From Paramecium tetraurelia (lineage: Eukaryota): a stretch of 25,346 bases of DNA. Under the pieces are notes generated by a model. It did not search any database, was not told the DNA's origin, and saw only the letters and a program-made list of their open reading frames with translations. How positions within the stretch are numbered: position 1 is the first letter of the stretch; each line of letters opens with the position of its first letter. Of this stretch, positions 23,457-25,346 are shown one piece after another. The DNA lies in contig CT868474.1 in NCBI GenBank assembly GCA_000165425.1, positions 434,001 to 459,346 on the forward strand, in the 5' to 3' direction. The translations under genes were made by a program, and so were the position numbers.

Positions 23457-25039
23457 TCAATTATTTCTAATATATTTAGGAAACTAAATAATGATATATA
23501 TATATATTTACTTTATAGCTATTCATACATGATTATGAAGTAGTAATTGTTTTGATAGATCCTTAAACATAGTTAGGGCCCTATAATTTTATAATTACAT
23601 TAGGGCAAGTTTTAATTGATTTGATTTCAAAAGGAATCATATTTGATAATTCTAAATTTTCTCCTTTAGTTATATGAAAATACTCCCCTTAATAGTTGCA
23701 TTAACTAAAGAATAAAATTGTAACACAATTATCAGCAGGAATTGAAGATAGATAAAGTACTTTTATTAAAGAGGGTGTTGAATCAAATTTAGCAGATGAA
23801 ATGTTTTGAAATTCATTGCATTACTAAGTTTAAATGAGAGATTGTTTCACTCCTTAAAAGTTTATGCTATTGAAAAGATGTAGTTTTCTGTTTTTTGGAA
23901 TACTAATGGAACGGATATTTTGAGACCAGCCTAAAGCTTGCAAGTCAGGTGTGTTTTAACAAATTATTATAGTATCACCATTAAAATCACATTCAGAAAA
24001 TAGCTCAGCACAATATGGATCAAAAATTTTGAAGTTTGGATCATATTTAAATATAGCCCCTTAATAATAAACTCTATAGACTATCGAAGTTGACCCTAAA
24101 GATAATTGGAAGTTTTTACATGTGTTGAGAATAAATTATATCTTGGTATTCAATTCAATATTTAGAAATTTCAATCTAAAGTTTTCACCGTTGTTAACAT
24201 CATAACCTCTACCTGCTATAATAGGAATAAGTTGATAGTTTCCCAAAATTTATGGTCGGTCAATTATAATATTAAGATCGCACTCACCTGTCCCTCTTGA
24301 AACAAATGGATGATTTGGAGCATTGATTAACGCTTACACAGGGGATGACCATAATGATTCTGCAGTACCCAGAAGAACATTAAATTTAATATAATCCAAT
24401 TTTGATTGGGAATAAGTCCTTGCGGAAACAGTAATATGTGTTGAAGTTAACTCTGCAATCTAATTAAAGAATAATAACTATTATTTACATCTATTTCAAT
24501 ATTATAGTAATAAGCTATATGTTTGATGCCAATTAGTGAGATTAGTCCATTTGTGGCATCATTTAAATTGTGCTCAATAATGAATTACACTTCCCTTTCT
24601 CCTGAACCAGACTTTAATTCATAAACATCCCATGTCGCAAATGTGATTACTAAAATTCTCGGATCATTAGTAGCAATCCAATAAAAATGTATTTCATAAA
24701 TAGGATTTGGGGTTTATGCCATTACACTGATTTTGAATCCTTTCGATTTATGAAATTATTTAATTACCAGTTGTATTTATAGATGTCACCTCCTCCAACA
24801 AACCCTGCAGGCAATTATCGATCATAATCTACTCTTTGTGGTTGAATAAAAATTTATGGAGTAGTCCTAAAAACGATAGAGAATTGAACATTAATAACAA
24901 CCTACCTTGGAACCTAAGATGAGCCTTCTAAAATATGACCAGCGTAGTATGTAACTATAACTTGATATCCATTATCAAACTATGGTGTCCAAAAGTTCTA
25001 CACTAAAATCACCATCGCAATAAGAAGATTTAACTTCAT
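23457..25039 (-). CDS. Secreted protein with H-type-lectin-like repeats and two beta/gamma-crystallin-like domains; one apparent frameshift
   Basis: Signal MKLNLLIAMVILV; FRTTPQIFI...D...TSINTTGFKI...FYWIATND lectin-like pattern. C-terminal ELFSECDFNGD...NIRSISIP...LFNSINFQG...NISSAKF and FFSQCNYQGE...EIKSIK Greek-key motifs. Four 24-29 nt introns. An extra base near 24795 breaks the frame. TGA 23457-23459. Confidence 0.75.
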
Positions 25040-25227
25040 ATAAAAATGATTTATATTTTGAGTTAATAATTCTTAGAATTTCTACAAGTTTATGATTTTA
25101 ATAGCAAATGTGCAATAAAACGTTCTAAACACTGTAATTTAGAAAGAAATGAGATCCTTAAAATTAAAGGAAATATATTTAAATAATTAAGTTGCACTAT
25201 TTCTGCATATCAATTTTTTCGCTTTGA

Positions 25228-25318
25228 TTGGGTTTGGGGTTGGGTTTGGGGTTGGGGTTGGGGTTGGGTTTGGGGTTGGGGTTTGGGGTTGGGTTTGGGT
25301 TTGGGTTTGGGGTTGGGT
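25228..25318 (+). repeat. Macronuclear telomere, mixed GGGGTT/GGGTTT repeats (Paramecium type)
   Basis: 91 nt with 15 G-runs of 3 or 4 separated by TT or TTT. G-rich strand runs 5'->3' toward the end of the sequence. Confidence 0.97.
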
Positions 25319-25346
25319 AATTGCCAACGGCTCCGACTGGTTCCAT
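25319..25346. other. Non-telomeric tail, probably untrimmed adaptor/vector or poor read end
   Basis: 28 nt, roughly half GC (aattgccaacggctccgactggttccat), distal to the telomere and unlike the AT-rich genome. Confidence 0.55.

Noticed and set aside
25228..25346. Internal telomeric tract, chromosome fusion or CRISPR-like array
   Set aside because: No spacers, orientation fits a true chromosome end, and the 28 distal bases are better explained as adaptor or poor-quality sequence.

Overview
This is the AT-rich, telomere-proximal end of a ciliate somatic (macronuclear) chromosome, almost certainly Paramecium. Genes use genetic code 6 (TAA/TAG = Gln, TGA the only stop), carry tiny 21-32 nt GT-AG introns and are densely packed. 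The window ends in about 15 mixed GGGGTT/GGGTTT telomere repeats. The supplied ORF track treats TAA/TAG as stops and ignores introns, so it is largely misleading, and I re-translated the genes by hand. In order, the genes encode: a partial coiled-coil protein, a small single OB-fold (SSB/RPA-like) protein, a small secreted 8-Cys pre-pro-peptide, a Ser/Thr kinase, a trichocyst matrix protein, a three-repeat Myb factor, a hypothetical protein, a membrane-anchored pepsin-like protease, a Gln-rich coiled-coil protein, an N-myristoylated F-box protein with apparent cullin-repeat helices, two tandem GUP1/HHAT-type MBOAT acyltransferases and a CSC1/OSCA/TMC-like membrane protein. A degraded or low-quality zone surrounds a 150-N gap, followed by a telomere-adjacent secreted H-type-lectin-like/beta-gamma-crystallin gene with one frameshift. 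The best novelty candidates are the F-box/cullin-repeat fusion, the processed Cys-rich peptide and the minimal OB-fold protein. All family calls are by-eye motif recognition, not database searches.
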